Positions 1 through 9,620 of a stretch of DNA of 64,000 nt are shown one piece after another (position 1 is the stretch's first letter; the number at the start of each line of letters is the position of its first letter). A program made the position numbers and the translations under genes. The stretch covers positions 96,001-160,000 of the forward strand of contig CBDAOB010000004.1 of the NCBI GenBank assembly GCA_965197905.1, in the 5' to 3' direction. The notes beneath the pieces are model-generated. The model was not told the origin of the DNA and made no database searches. It saw only the letters and a program-made list of their open reading frames with translations. This stretch comes from Candidatus Latescibacterota bacterium (GTDB lineage: Bacteria; Latescibacterota; UBA2968; UBA8231).

Positions 1-1
1 G

Positions 2-235
2 ATCGGGATTCCCGATCCCAAGTGGGGCGAGGCGGTTCACGCGGTGGTAGCCTTGGTGCCCGGGGCCGAGCTGAGCGCTGACGAGATCATAGGATTCTGC
101 CGCGACAACATCGCCAGCTACAAGAAACCGAAATCAGTAGAGTTCGTCGACGAGCTGCCCAAGAACAACTACGGCAAGATCGTCAAGAAGGACCTGCGGA
201 CGCGACACTGGACGGGGAAAGATCGCAAGGTCTGA
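2..235 (+). CDS. Acyl-CoA ligase / AMP-binding enzyme, C-terminal fragment (runs off window start)
   Basis: Frame from nt 2 reads IGIPDPKWGEAVHAVV...YKKPKSVEFVDELPKNNYGKIVK, typical AMP-binding_C domain with A10 Lys motif. Confidence 0.9.
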   Translation: MGIPDPKWGEAVHAVVALVPGAELSADEIIGFCRDNIASYKKPKSVEFVDELPKNNYGKIVKKDLRTRHWTGKDRKV

Positions 236-2265
236 TGACGTCAGAACTGACCGTCGAGATCGAACATAAGACCACGTTTGCAGATGGAATCGATTTCGGG
301 GGAAGCGGCTGTTACCAGCGTCTCTCGGGTCGGGTGCGATTGGCTATCGATCCGGAGGTGCCGGAAAACAGTGCTGTGATCGATCTGGATCTCGCCCCTA
401 GAAACGCCGCCGGACAGGTGGAATTCGACGCCGATCTTTGCATTCTTCGCCCCGACCACCTCGAGCAAGGCAACCGTCGCGCCCTGTTCGATTTCGGGAA
501 CCGCGGTCACAAGCGGGCGCTGGCGATGTTCAACGATGCTCCCGGCGACAACGCTCAGCCAGGATCCGATGCCGGCACTGGGTTCCTTATGCGTCGGGGT
601 TACAGCATCGTCTGGGTCGCTTGGGAGGGGGACATACTCCCGGGCGACGAGCGCATGACGGTGCGGCTTCCCGTAGCTTCTCACCGGGGCAAACGGATCG
701 CGGGGCAAGTGAGAAGGGTGTTCATCGCCGACTGCCCGGGAACCTCTTGCATGAGATTGAGCGGCTTCAATTCTGCCAAGGGATATGCGACGGCTAGCCG
801 CGATACGCGACATGCCGTCCTTACCCGTCGTCAATACACCGAGAGCCAGCCGGTTACCGTTCTCCCTGGGGACTGGCAGTTTGCACGTCTGGAAGTCAGC
901 ACTCCCCATCCCGAGTCGGGTGAGGCGGTGGAGTCGGCCGTCGTTTCTTCAGACGAGCATATCTATCTGCCCGGTGGATTCAAGCCGGGGTGGATTTACG
1001 AGCTGGTGTACACCGCCGTCGATCCACTGGTCATGGGCCTGGGCTACGTAGCGGTTCGCGATCTCATTTCCTTCCTCAAATACGGCGAAAGAGACAGTGC
1101 CGATACCGTGAACCCACTCCGTGAGGGGGACACTCGGTTGGAGAAGGTGTACTGCTTCGGTCGCTCGCAGACGGGGCGTGTCATTCGCGATTTCGTCTAC
1201 CAGGGGTTCAATGCCGACGGCCAAAATCGCCGTGTATTCGATGGCGCTTTTTGTCACGTAGCCGGTGCCGGCCGCATCTGCAACAATCATCGATGGTCGC
1301 AGCCGGTGCGGTTGGCGTCTTACCAACACGAAGATCGATACTCCTACTCGGACCGCTTTCCTTTCGCCTACGAAGCGACCGAGGATCATCTAACCGGGCA
1401 GCAAGATGGACTTCTAAAGCGCCCCGACACCGATCCCCTCTGGATCCATACCCAGACCTCCGGCGAGATGTGGCACCGACACGGCTCGTTGGTGCACACG
1501 GACACTCGCGGCAACGACCTTGCGCAGGGTGACGGGATAAGGATCTATCTGTGGTCGAGTTCGCAGCATCTGCCCCGTCGAATGGGAGATACAATGGTCT
1601 CCGATTTCAGCCAGCATGCTATCAACGACATTGTCGCGACGACGCCCCTGTTCCGGGCGTTGTTGGACCATCTCGATCGGTGGGTTACCGACGGCACACC
1701 TCCGCCTCCGAGCCGCGTTCCCTTGCGCTCAAACGGAGGACTCGTATCTATCGAGGAATGGAGGGTTCAGTTTCCCGTGATTCCCGCGGCTGTCACGCCT
1801 CGCGAACCGAATCGCTTGCCTTTGTGGGACTACGGACCAGATGCCGACCGGGGATACCTAACCATCGATCCGCCGCAGCAAGTGGGAGCGGATGATTACT
1901 CGGTGCTGTTACCGGCCGTCGACGCGGATGGCAACGAGACCGCCGGCATTCGTATGCCGCTGGTGCGCGTACCCCTCGGAACTGCAACCGGCTGGAACAT
2001 CAGGGCAAGGGGATCTAGTCCCGGCGCCATGGCATGCATGTGGGGCAGCTTCATCCCGTTTCCCGTGAGCCGGGCGGAGCGACTGGCAACCGGCGATCCC
2101 CGCGCCTCCATCGAGGAACGATATGACGGGGAGGAAGACTTTCTGCACCAGCTCACAAGGGCCACCCACGACCTCGCCCAGGAAGGATTCCTGCTGCTGG
2201 ACGAGGACCTGAAGTCGGTTCGGGACCGGGCACGCCAAGTTTGGCGTTTGGTAACTGCCCAATAG
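235..2265 (+). CDS. Alpha/beta hydrolase domain-containing protein (Abhydrolase_10-like), 676 aa
   Basis: G-x-S-Q-x-G (FGRSQTG), FVYQGFNAD, VDADGNETAGIRMP and SIEERY motifs; TGATG coupling to upstream gene. Confidence 0.8.
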   Translation: MTSELTVEIEHKTTFADGIDFGGSGCYQRLSGRVRLAIDPEVPENSAVIDLDLAPRNAAGQVEFDADLCILRPDHLEQGNRRALFDFGNRGHKRALAMFNDAPGDNAQPGSDAGTGFLMRRGYSIVWVAWEGDILPGDERMTVRLPVASHRGKRIAGQVRRVFIADCPGTSCMRLSGFNSAKGYATASRDTRHAVLTRRQYTESQPVTVLPGDWQFARLEVSTPHPESGEAVESAVVSSDEHIYLPGGFKPGWIYELVYTAVDPLVMGLGYVAVRDLISFLKYGERDSADTVNPLREGDTRLEKVYCFGRSQTGRVIRDFVYQGFNADGQNRRVFDGAFCHVAGAGRICNNHRWSQPVRLASYQHEDRYSYSDRFPFAYEATEDHLTGQQDGLLKRPDTDPLWIHTQTSGEMWHRHGSLVHTDTRGNDLAQGDGIRIYLWSSSQHLPRRMGDTMVSDFSQHAINDIVATTPLFRALLDHLDRWVTDGTPPPPSRVPLRSNGGLVSIEEWRVQFPVIPAAVTPREPNRLPLWDYGPDADRGYLTIDPPQQVGADDYSVLLPAVDADGNETAGIRMPLVRVPLGTATGWNIRARGSSPGAMACMWGSFIPFPVSRAERLATGDPRASIEERYDGEEDFLHQLTRATHDLAQEGFLLLDEDLKSVRDRARQVWRLVTAQ

Positions 2266-2273
2266 AAAGCCAG

Positions 2274-2966
2274 ATGCTCACCGCCGTCGATGAGAATGTG
2301 TGGGAAGCCGAGCACCCGCTGAGTCTGGCCGGCGTTCAGCTCGGTCACCGGATGACGATCATACGGATGGCCGACAACGAACTGCTGCTGCACTCTCCCG
2401 TGCCGCTGTCCGACGTTCTCGAGCGCGAACTCGAGGAGCTTGGCGAGGTAAGGTACGTCGTGGCGCCCAGTCGTTTTCACGATCTTTTTCTGACGGCCTA
2501 TTTCGAACGTTTTGCCCGTGCTACATTTTGTACGGTTCCTGGCATGGCGGATCAACATCCCGAGATGGGATTCGAGATCGTGCTCTACGATCAGTTCCCC
2601 AAATACTGGTCCGAAGAGGTGGAACATATCCTTGTAGGTGGGATCCCCAAGGTAAACGAAGTGGTCTTCTTTCACCCCGCGAGCAAGACGCTTGTCGTCG
2701 CCGATCTCGTCTTCAACATCCAATCCAGCAACTCCTGGTTGACGCGAACCGCCATGAAGTTGAACCAGGCGTACGGAAGGGTCACACCTTCGCGATACTT
2801 CAAGTCCTTGGTCAAGGACAAGAGGGCTTTCACGACCTGTATCGAGCGGATCCTCGAATGGGATTTCGAGCGGATCGTCGTCGGGCACGGTTCTATTGTC
2901 GAGAGCAACGGCAAAGAGGTGCTGGCGGCTGCGTTCGACTGGTTGGCCGAGCCGACTCGCAGTTAG
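2274..2966 (+). CDS. DUF4336 family protein (metallo-beta-lactamase-like fold)
   Basis: RMTIIR..LLLHSP, VVAPSRFH, EVVFFHPASKTLVVADL, WDFERIVVGHG motifs; ATG at 2274. Confidence 0.85.
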   Translation: MLTAVDENVWEAEHPLSLAGVQLGHRMTIIRMADNELLLHSPVPLSDVLERELEELGEVRYVVAPSRFHDLFLTAYFERFARATFCTVPGMADQHPEMGFEIVLYDQFPKYWSEEVEHILVGGIPKVNEVVFFHPASKTLVVADLVFNIQSSNSWLTRTAMKLNQAYGRVTPSRYFKSLVKDKRAFTTCIERILEWDFERIVVGHGSIVESNGKEVLAAAFDWLAEPTRS

Positions 2967-3001
2967 CTTGTCGCTTTCACGGAGAGGGGGCAAGAAAGGT
3001 T

Positions 3002-3541
3002 TTGAATCTGAAAGGCAAGAACAGACACCAAAAGGCCGCATTGCGCCCGGGAGAGCCCAGGGTGGGCAAAGAGCAGATCGCCGAGTTGCTCGAGATGTCT
3101 CACAGCGACGATCCGAAGGAACGTCTCGTCGCCGCACAATTCCTATGCCCATGCCATGTGCGCAAACGAATCGGCGAGGTCTGGACGGCATTGTACCGCA
3201 TGCTCGAAGATCCCGATCTAAAGGTGCGACGAGCCGCATGGCACACCTTGGATGACGGCGGGAGACCAGCGGATCCCATCCTGGAGGAGATATTCGCTCG
3301 CGCCCTGGAAAACGAATCCGATCGACGTATCCGCGAATGTGCGGAGAAGTATACCCGGTCGCGCCGGAAGAGGGCTGCAGCAGAAGAACGCCTGAGGGTC
3401 TACTCCGAATACACCGAGGTAGGCAAATGCGATTTCTGCGGCGGTTCGAATCTGAAGCTCAAGAAGGATATGGAGACCCTCATTCCGGTGAACGGCGAGC
3501 AGCGGCTGGCCTTGATCTGCGAAGCTTGCAGCGCCGGTTAG
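3002..3541 (+). CDS. HEAT-repeat protein with CPCH motif and C-terminal CxxC...CxxC putative zinc ribbon
   Basis: 3' part of ORF 2300..3541: LCPCHVR, LEDPDLKVRRAAWHTL, CDFC...CEAC; TTG start at 3002 after purine-rich stretch (start uncertain). Confidence 0.7.
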   Translation: MNLKGKNRHQKAALRPGEPRVGKEQIAELLEMSHSDDPKERLVAAQFLCPCHVRKRIGEVWTALYRMLEDPDLKVRRAAWHTLDDGGRPADPILEEIFARALENESDRRIRECAEKYTRSRRKRAAAEERLRVYSEYTEVGKCDFCGGSNLKLKKDMETLIPVNGEQRLALICEACSAG

Positions 3542-3558
3542 AATCAAATGGAGGCGAT

Positions 3559-4665
3559 ATGAAGATTACTGACGTCACGGTCGAGTGTTACGCATGGCCC
3601 AAACCGAAACCGATCAGCAACGGCAAATACACCTACACGAAGGTCGTGTTTAACCTAGTGAAGGTGATCACCGACGACGCAGTCACCGGGATCGGCTGGG
3701 GGGGCGGAACCGCCGCCACCCGACCCGGGGCCGTCAGCAGTGCCCTGGTCGACCATTTCAAGGCGGCTTTGATCGGGGAGGATCCTTTTACCTATCGCCG
3801 CATCTGGGAAAACATGTGGTTGCCGAAGATCGTCGGCCGCCGCGGCATGTCCACCCACATCATCAGCGCCATAGACATCGCGATTTGGGATCTCATGGGA
3901 AAAGTTCTCGGCAAATCGGTGCACAAGCTACTGGGCGGTTTTACCGATCGCATACCTACCTATATCGCCGGCGGTTACTACGAGGAGGGGAAAGGGTTGA
4001 AGGAACTGGCGCAGGAGATGGAAGATAACCTGGCGCTGGGCGCGAAAGCGGTGAAGATGAAGGTGGGCGGCGTACCCATCAATGAGGACGTGGAACGCGT
4101 GCGCGCGGTCCGAGATGCGATCGGCCCCGATATCAAATTGCTGGTGGATGCGAATAACGCCTACGCGGCCTACGAAGCGATCGAACTGGCACGCAAGATC
4201 GAACCGTTCGACATATTCTGGTTCGAAGAGCCGGTAGCGCCGGATGACTACCGCGGCCATGCCCAAGTTGCACGCTCTACCTGTATCCCCGTTGCAACCG
4301 GTGAGAACGAGTACACCCGCTACGGCTTCCGCGACCTGATCGAGCACGAATCGGCGGCCATCCTGAATGCGGATGCGCAGATTTTGGGCGGTATTACGGA
4401 ATTCATGAATGTCGCTTCCCTGGCGGCCGCTCAGGATCTTCGCATTGCGCCCCACGGAGCACAGGAAGTGCACATCCATCTGGTTGCGGCCATTCCCAAC
4501 GGTCTCATTCTCGAGTTCTACAGGGAAACCGTTGATCCGCTACGTGGCCAATTGTTCGAACAGCCGTTGACGGTGGATGATGACGGATACGTCACTGTAC
4601 CGGACCGCCCCGGTCTTGGCATGGAGCCGAATTACGACATACTGAAAGAGCATCGCGTCGCCTGA
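3559..4665 (+). CDS. Mandelate racemase/muconate lactonizing (enolase superfamily) enzyme
   Basis: SAIDIAIWDLMGK, KMK (KxK), DAN, WFEEP, GENE motifs; GGAGG SD before ATG 3559. Confidence 0.93.
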   Translation: MKITDVTVECYAWPKPKPISNGKYTYTKVVFNLVKVITDDAVTGIGWGGGTAATRPGAVSSALVDHFKAALIGEDPFTYRRIWENMWLPKIVGRRGMSTHIISAIDIAIWDLMGKVLGKSVHKLLGGFTDRIPTYIAGGYYEEGKGLKELAQEMEDNLALGAKAVKMKVGGVPINEDVERVRAVRDAIGPDIKLLVDANNAYAAYEAIELARKIEPFDIFWFEEPVAPDDYRGHAQVARSTCIPVATGENEYTRYGFRDLIEHESAAILNADAQILGGITEFMNVASLAAAQDLRIAPHGAQEVHIHLVAAIPNGLILEFYRETVDPLRGQLFEQPLTVDDDGYVTVPDRPGLGMEPNYDILKEHRVA

Positions 4666-4693
4666 GCGGAACAGGCGCCGAAACGTCTGTATT

Positions 4694-6736
4694 CTATTCT
4701 CCCTTGGGATTTTGCTGGTAGCGATCGCGCAGAACCCGACGCATTACCTTGTTCGATGCCGTCCGCGGCAAGGTTTCGACGACGACTACGTCGTGCAGTC
4801 TGAAGAGGGGGTTCAGGTTGCGTTTCAACGCCGACTGCATCAATTCCCGAAGATCGGCCTGGGCTGCCGATAACACGGCGTAGATAACCAACTGGCACGG
4901 ACCTCCATCCGGCGGATTTACCGCTACCGCTGCGGTTTCCGCAACGCCGGCGATCCCGCCAACGGCGTGTTCGATTTCAGCGGAGCTCACCTTGATGCCG
5001 CTCAAATTCATGGTGTCGTCGGTTCTGCCGTGGGCGCGGTAGTACCCGTTGGCAAGTCGCTCCATTTGATCTCCGTGCCGTCGCAGCACCGATCCCCTTG
5101 CCGAGGCTGTCACCCCCGCGAAGTAGGTAACACGATGATCGCCGTTCAACAGATTGTTCGACAAGCCGATGGAGGGTGGCTCGATGAAGAGCTCGCCATG
5201 GTCAACGTCTTGGCCTTCGGCGTCGGTAATGACGACATCCATGCCCAATGCCGGTGTCGTGAAGGTGGCCGGGGCGGCGGGTTGAATCATCGTTCCGGTG
5301 ATGTAGCCGCCGCCAATCTCCGTACCGCCGCAATATTCGATCACCGGCTTGTATCCGGCCAGGGACATGAGAAACAACATGCTGTCTCGATCGGAACACT
5401 CCCCGGTGGAGCTGAAACAACGGATTTGGCTCCAGTCGAGTCTGGCCATACAGTTCGACCCCAGCCAGGCCCGCACCGTACTGGGGACGACTCCAAGAAC
5501 GTTCACTCCGGCATCCTCGACGAAGCGGCCGAACTCTCGCTGGGTCGGAGCACCGTAGTAGAGGCCGATCGTCGCCGAATTGACCAACGAGGCGTAGATC
5601 AGCCACGGCCCCATCATCCAGCCAAGATTCGTCGGCCATGCCACCACCTCCCCCGCATGAATATCCTGGTGCAGGTAACCATCAGCGGCGCATTTGATTG
5701 GCGTGGTGTGGGTCCAGGGTATCGCTTTCGGGTCGCCCGTCGTGCCCGAGGAGAACAACACATTCGCGGTGTCCTCAGGATGCATCGAAAGGGCTTGAAA
5801 CTCGTCGCTAGTCGCCAGGAAATCGGACCACCACAGATCGTGGGCGCGCAAAGTACAGGCAGGTTTTTCCGGATAAGCAGGTAATACGACGGCCGCTTCC
5901 GAACTCGCTTCCGCGACCTTGGAAAACATCGGAAGTTCCTTGCCGGAGCGCAGTAGCAGGTCTTGGGTGAAAACCAGCCGCACCGGGGCGATGCGCAATC
6001 GGGTGGCGATCTCCAGAGGAGCAAAACTGTCGGCGATCGACACCACAACGGCCCCCGCTTTGACGATGCCCAGATAGATCGCCACCGCTTCCACGGTCAT
6101 CGGCATACATACGGCTACAGCCTCCCCAGCGTCGATTCCACCCGCCACCAGGCCCGCGGCCACGCGATTCGACAGGGCATCCATTTCGCCATAGGTAACC
6201 CGTCCGGTCTCTCCGCCCTCCGGCCTGTAGACAATCGCGGTCTGATCCGCGGGGGTGTTGAAACAGCTCTCGGCAATGTTCAACCTTGCTCCCGGAAACC
6301 ACTCCGGCGATTCGACCGGCCCACGAGGATCGAGGATAGCTTCTGGGAAATCATGGAAACGAATGTTCAACCGCTCAACCATAACGCTCCAGAATCCGAC
6401 GCGATCGCGTTTGGACCAGGTGTGCAGCTGTTCGTAACTCTCCATATCGCGTTCGCGCATGATCTCGTAGAGGTGGGTGATTCGAACCTCGTCTTCCGAC
6501 GGGATCCAGGCCGGCGGTGGTCCGAGGGCGGCATCCCAGTCGGCGTAGGCGCGATCGAATAGATCCAGATGAAGTTTGAACGGATGGTCGGGGCGCAATA
6601 GAAGCCTGGAGATACCGCTCCATCGGTCGGTGGGGGAAGGCAGTTCCAAATACCGATCGACCTGGCTCAGAAGCTCAGCTGCAGTCTCACGATCCATGCC
6701 CATGCCCAGCAGGTCCTGAACAGTTGTAATCTCCAT
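4694..6736 (-). CDS. Acyl-CoA synthetase (acetyl-CoA synthetase-like, resembling plant AAE17/18 subgroup)
   Basis: FSSGTTGDPK AMP-binding motif, WPTNLGWMMGPW, EYCGGTEIGG, LPRTASNKVMRR. Confidence 0.9.
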   Translation of the reverse strand: MEITTVQDLLGMGMDRETAAELLSQVDRYLELPSPTDRWSGISRLLLRPDHPFKLHLDLFDRAYADWDAALGPPPAWIPSEDEVRITHLYEIMRERDMESYEQLHTWSKRDRVGFWSVMVERLNIRFHDFPEAILDPRGPVESPEWFPGARLNIAESCFNTPADQTAIVYRPEGGETGRVTYGEMDALSNRVAAGLVAGGIDAGEAVAVCMPMTVEAVAIYLGIVKAGAVVVSIADSFAPLEIATRLRIAPVRLVFTQDLLLRSGKELPMFSKVAEASSEAAVVLPAYPEKPACTLRAHDLWWSDFLATSDEFQALSMHPEDTANVLFSSGTTGDPKAIPWTHTTPIKCAADGYLHQDIHAGEVVAWPTNLGWMMGPWLIYASLVNSATIGLYYGAPTQREFGRFVEDAGVNVLGVVPSTVRAWLGSNCMARLDWSQIRCFSSTGECSDRDSMLFLMSLAGYKPVIEYCGGTEIGGGYITGTMIQPAAPATFTTPALGMDVVITDAEGQDVDHGELFIEPPSIGLSNNLLNGDHRVTYFAGVTASARGSVLRRHGDQMERLANGYYRAHGRTDDTMNLSGIKVSSAEIEHAVGGIAGVAETAAVAVNPPDGGPCQLVIYAVLSAAQADLRELMQSALKRNLNPLFRLHDVVVVETLPRTASNKVMRRVLRDRYQQNPKGE

Positions 6737-6852
6737 AAACCTTGACGCTGTTGGCGAAAAACGTTGACCCCGGGGCAGATCGCAGACAGATTATCGGCAG
6801 GATTGTAAGTGTGCATTCGCGCACACTACAATATCCGCCCGGAAATCGAAGA

Positions 6853-7711
6853 ATGACAAAGACAACCGAAAAAACCAAGCGCCTGAAAGTCGGTGCGGTC
6901 CAGATGATCTCCACCCACTGGGATCTCGCCGGCAATCTACACAAAGCCCTTCGCTTCTGCGACCGGGCCGCCAGGAGGCACGTCCAGATTCTCTGTTTTC
7001 CGGAATGCGCCAGCGTCGGGTTCGATTGGGTGCAGGAAAAACCACCCGCCGACCAGGTTCCGGCCGAACCCGTTCCCGGTCCCCTCGTTCAACGGTTTGC
7101 CGAGAAAGCCCGCGAAACCGACATGTACATCATATTCGGCATGGCGGAGAGACCGCGGCGCTCGAAGCGGTTATACAATTCCGCTTTTTTGGTCGGTCCC
7201 GAAGAAGGGTACAGTAGGTTGTTACCGGAAGGTTCTTTCCGAGCGAGTATTCACCAACGGCCGCGAAGCCGAAGTGTTCGAGACCCGATACGGTGCCATG
7301 GGAATCTTTATCTGCGCCGATATGAGATCACCGGACATCTCGCGATTGTTGGTGGCAAAAGGAGCGAAGGTTCTCTTTCAGCCCACCAACTACTTCCACA
7401 CCGACGGTATGGCAGTCAAAAGCAGATATGTGGGAAAACATACGGCGCAACGAAGCCGTGCGATGGACAACGGCGTCCACCTGGTGGTGGCAAACGCCGG
7501 CCGCGAGGAGTTCGTCAACGATAGCCGCATCATCGCGCCGTACGGTCAGGGACCCGAGCCACAACTTGCCAGAGCCACGCGCAAGGAGCAGTTGTTGGTC
7601 GCCGATATCGAGTTCGACGAGAATCGCAATCCCATCGCACACCAGGCCAAGAGCACGCCCTGGTTGTTCAAGGAGATGGGGGAAACCATGGTGCGCCTGG
7701 CGGACGCCTGA
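6853..7711 (+). pseudogene. Carbon-nitrogen hydrolase (nitrilase family) interrupted by a +1 frameshift near 7207-7209
   Basis: FPE in one frame, YRK and ICAD in the next (E-K-C triad); removing one G from GAAGGGTACA restores EEGTVGCYRK; may be a sequencing error. Confidence 0.85.
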
Positions 7712-7754
7712 GCACCGAGTATTGACCGGCACGTTTAAGATAGAGGTTCTGACT

Positions 7755-8693
7755 ATGATCAATGAAAAAGTGGTAGGTGCTTATGCCGCAGTGGGTGCGC
7801 TCGCCCCCGCCGAGCAGGCCGAGTGGTACCGAAGAGTTTCCAGCGAGTGGGGCATCAACGGCTTCGAGCTGCCGGTGCTTGCCGGTCAGCCTCTGGCGCC
7901 GGAACTGGTGGAAGAGCTGGAGTCCATGTCCTCTACGATCGTGGTGACAATGGTTACCCAGCTTGCCATCACCGGCCAGCAGGATTTGGCCTACGGGTTG
8001 TGTGCGGTCGACGAGTCGTCCCGTGGGGCGGCCGTTCTCGACATTCAGTCAGCCGTACAACAATGCGTGACATTGAGCAAGCGTGGAATCCGCGTGCGTT
8101 CCGTCGTTGTTCACGTTGGACGACGGGGCGCAGACCCGTTTGCCCACGCCATCGCATTCTATCGCAGCTTGATCGAGCTCAAAACAACCCTCGCGGCGCT
8201 ACTGCCAGACACGGCTTTGTCTGTGGAGATCACCGACAACCGCCCGGACAGCCACGCAATTCCGTTCCCAGCCGCCAAGAAGGCCCCGCTAGACGTGAAC
8301 CAGGCTCTGCAGATCGTAGCAGCGGTAAATCGAGACACCGACCGGGGTCGAGACGTATCGATGGTTGCCAACCTGGGCCGGTTTATCGTCAACGGTGACG
8401 ACCCCATCGATGCCGTGGATATGCTGCTCCAGGCGGACGTGCCGTTCGAGGGAGTGATCATGTCGGGTGCCGGCGCGTCCGAGGATGGATTTATGGACTC
8501 CCACAATTCGCATCTGGATCCCCAGTGCAAGTTCACCGCCGCTGACGGGAAACGATGCGCCGATCTCCTGAACGCGAGCTCGCACAACTCGTTTATCGGC
8601 ACCAAATGCAGCGTGGCGACCAGTAAAGGAGAGATTACCACGGCAGAGGTCCTGGCCGCCCAAGCCGAACTGCTGAATACGGTCGTACCCTGA
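7755..8693 (+). CDS. DUF4862-like TIM-barrel hypothetical protein
   Basis: N-terminal VVGAYAA...WY...GFELP pattern recalled from DUF4862; GAGG SD before ATG 7755. Confidence 0.55.
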   Translation: MINEKVVGAYAAVGALAPAEQAEWYRRVSSEWGINGFELPVLAGQPLAPELVEELESMSSTIVVTMVTQLAITGQQDLAYGLCAVDESSRGAAVLDIQSAVQQCVTLSKRGIRVRSVVVHVGRRGADPFAHAIAFYRSLIELKTTLAALLPDTALSVEITDNRPDSHAIPFPAAKKAPLDVNQALQIVAAVNRDTDRGRDVSMVANLGRFIVNGDDPIDAVDMLLQADVPFEGVIMSGAGASEDGFMDSHNSHLDPQCKFTAADGKRCADLLNASSHNSFIGTKCSVATSKGEITTAEVLAAQAELLNTVVP

Positions 8694-8700
8694 TTCCGCG

Positions 8701-9603
8701 TTGGCCCCAATAGAGATTGCAGGAGATTCGCTGAAGGCGGCTCTCGATCCCGATCGGGGTGCGGGCATTTCCGCTCTACACTTATTGACCTCGACGGGCT
8801 CGACACCTCTCATGCCCGAGGTGGGCGACCCCTCCTTCGATCGTGACTCGGCTTGCTTTCTTATGGTCCCCTACTCGAATCGCATCGAAAACAGCCGCTT
8901 CAGGTTCTTGGACAAGACTTACCAGCTGGACAACGCCGACCAACACGCGATCCACGGAGACGTCCGCAAGCGCTCGTGGCACATCGAAGAGTCCAGCGTC
9001 GAGCGAGTTGTATTCGGCTTCGACTCCAGCCGCTACGAGAACATCAACTGGCCCTGGCCGTTTGCCGCGCACGCCGAATACCGGATACGCGATCACACCT
9101 TCAGCGCCACATTGACCTTGTGCAATCGCAGTTCAGAATCGATGCCCGCGGGAATGGGGTGGCACCCCTTTTTCAACCGCAGCCTGTACTCCGGAGAGGA
9201 AGATGTCCGGCTTTGTTTCAAGACCCCCTTCGTCTATCCGGATGCCAATGACAACAGGATACCGTCGGGTCCACCCCGCGCCGCCCACCCGGAAGAGGAC
9301 TTCACCTACGAGACGGTTCTACCTGTGGATCGAGATATCGACGCCTGTTATCGGGGTTACGACGGTGGCGGGTATATCCGCTGGCCAAAGAGTCGGGTGC
9401 GGCTCGATTTCCACTGCTCCAGCTGTAGCCACCTGATCGTATTCAATCCCGCTTCGCGTCCTTACTTCGCGGTCGAGCCCGTGACCCATGCCAACAATGG
9501 GGTCAACCTGCTCGATGGCGGCGACGAAGGGTGCGGCGTCTGCGTATTGCAGCCGGGTGAAGCGCTCGAGGCTCAATTCAGTCTAACGGTCGTCGTCGGC
9601 TGA
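8701..9603 (+). CDS. Aldose 1-epimerase family protein
   Basis: PYSNRI, HAIHG, GWHPFF, FAVEPVTH motifs. Confidence 0.9.
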   Translation: MAPIEIAGDSLKAALDPDRGAGISALHLLTSTGSTPLMPEVGDPSFDRDSACFLMVPYSNRIENSRFRFLDKTYQLDNADQHAIHGDVRKRSWHIEESSVERVVFGFDSSRYENINWPWPFAAHAEYRIRDHTFSATLTLCNRSSESMPAGMGWHPFFNRSLYSGEEDVRLCFKTPFVYPDANDNRIPSGPPRAAHPEEDFTYETVLPVDRDIDACYRGYDGGGYIRWPKSRVRLDFHCSSCSHLIVFNPASRPYFAVEPVTHANNGVNLLDGGDEGCGVCVLQPGEALEAQFSLTVVVG

Positions 9604-9620
9604 GAAGGAAGGACGGGTGT

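Noticed and set aside
2300..3001. N-terminal half of the 413-aa ORF overlapping the DUF4336 gene
   Set aside because: Arg-rich shadow-frame translation; only the part from ~3002 looks like protein
6791..6817. GCCGATAA on minus strand upstream of the acyl-CoA synthetase
   Set aside because: No TAAA -35 element at 15-nt spacing
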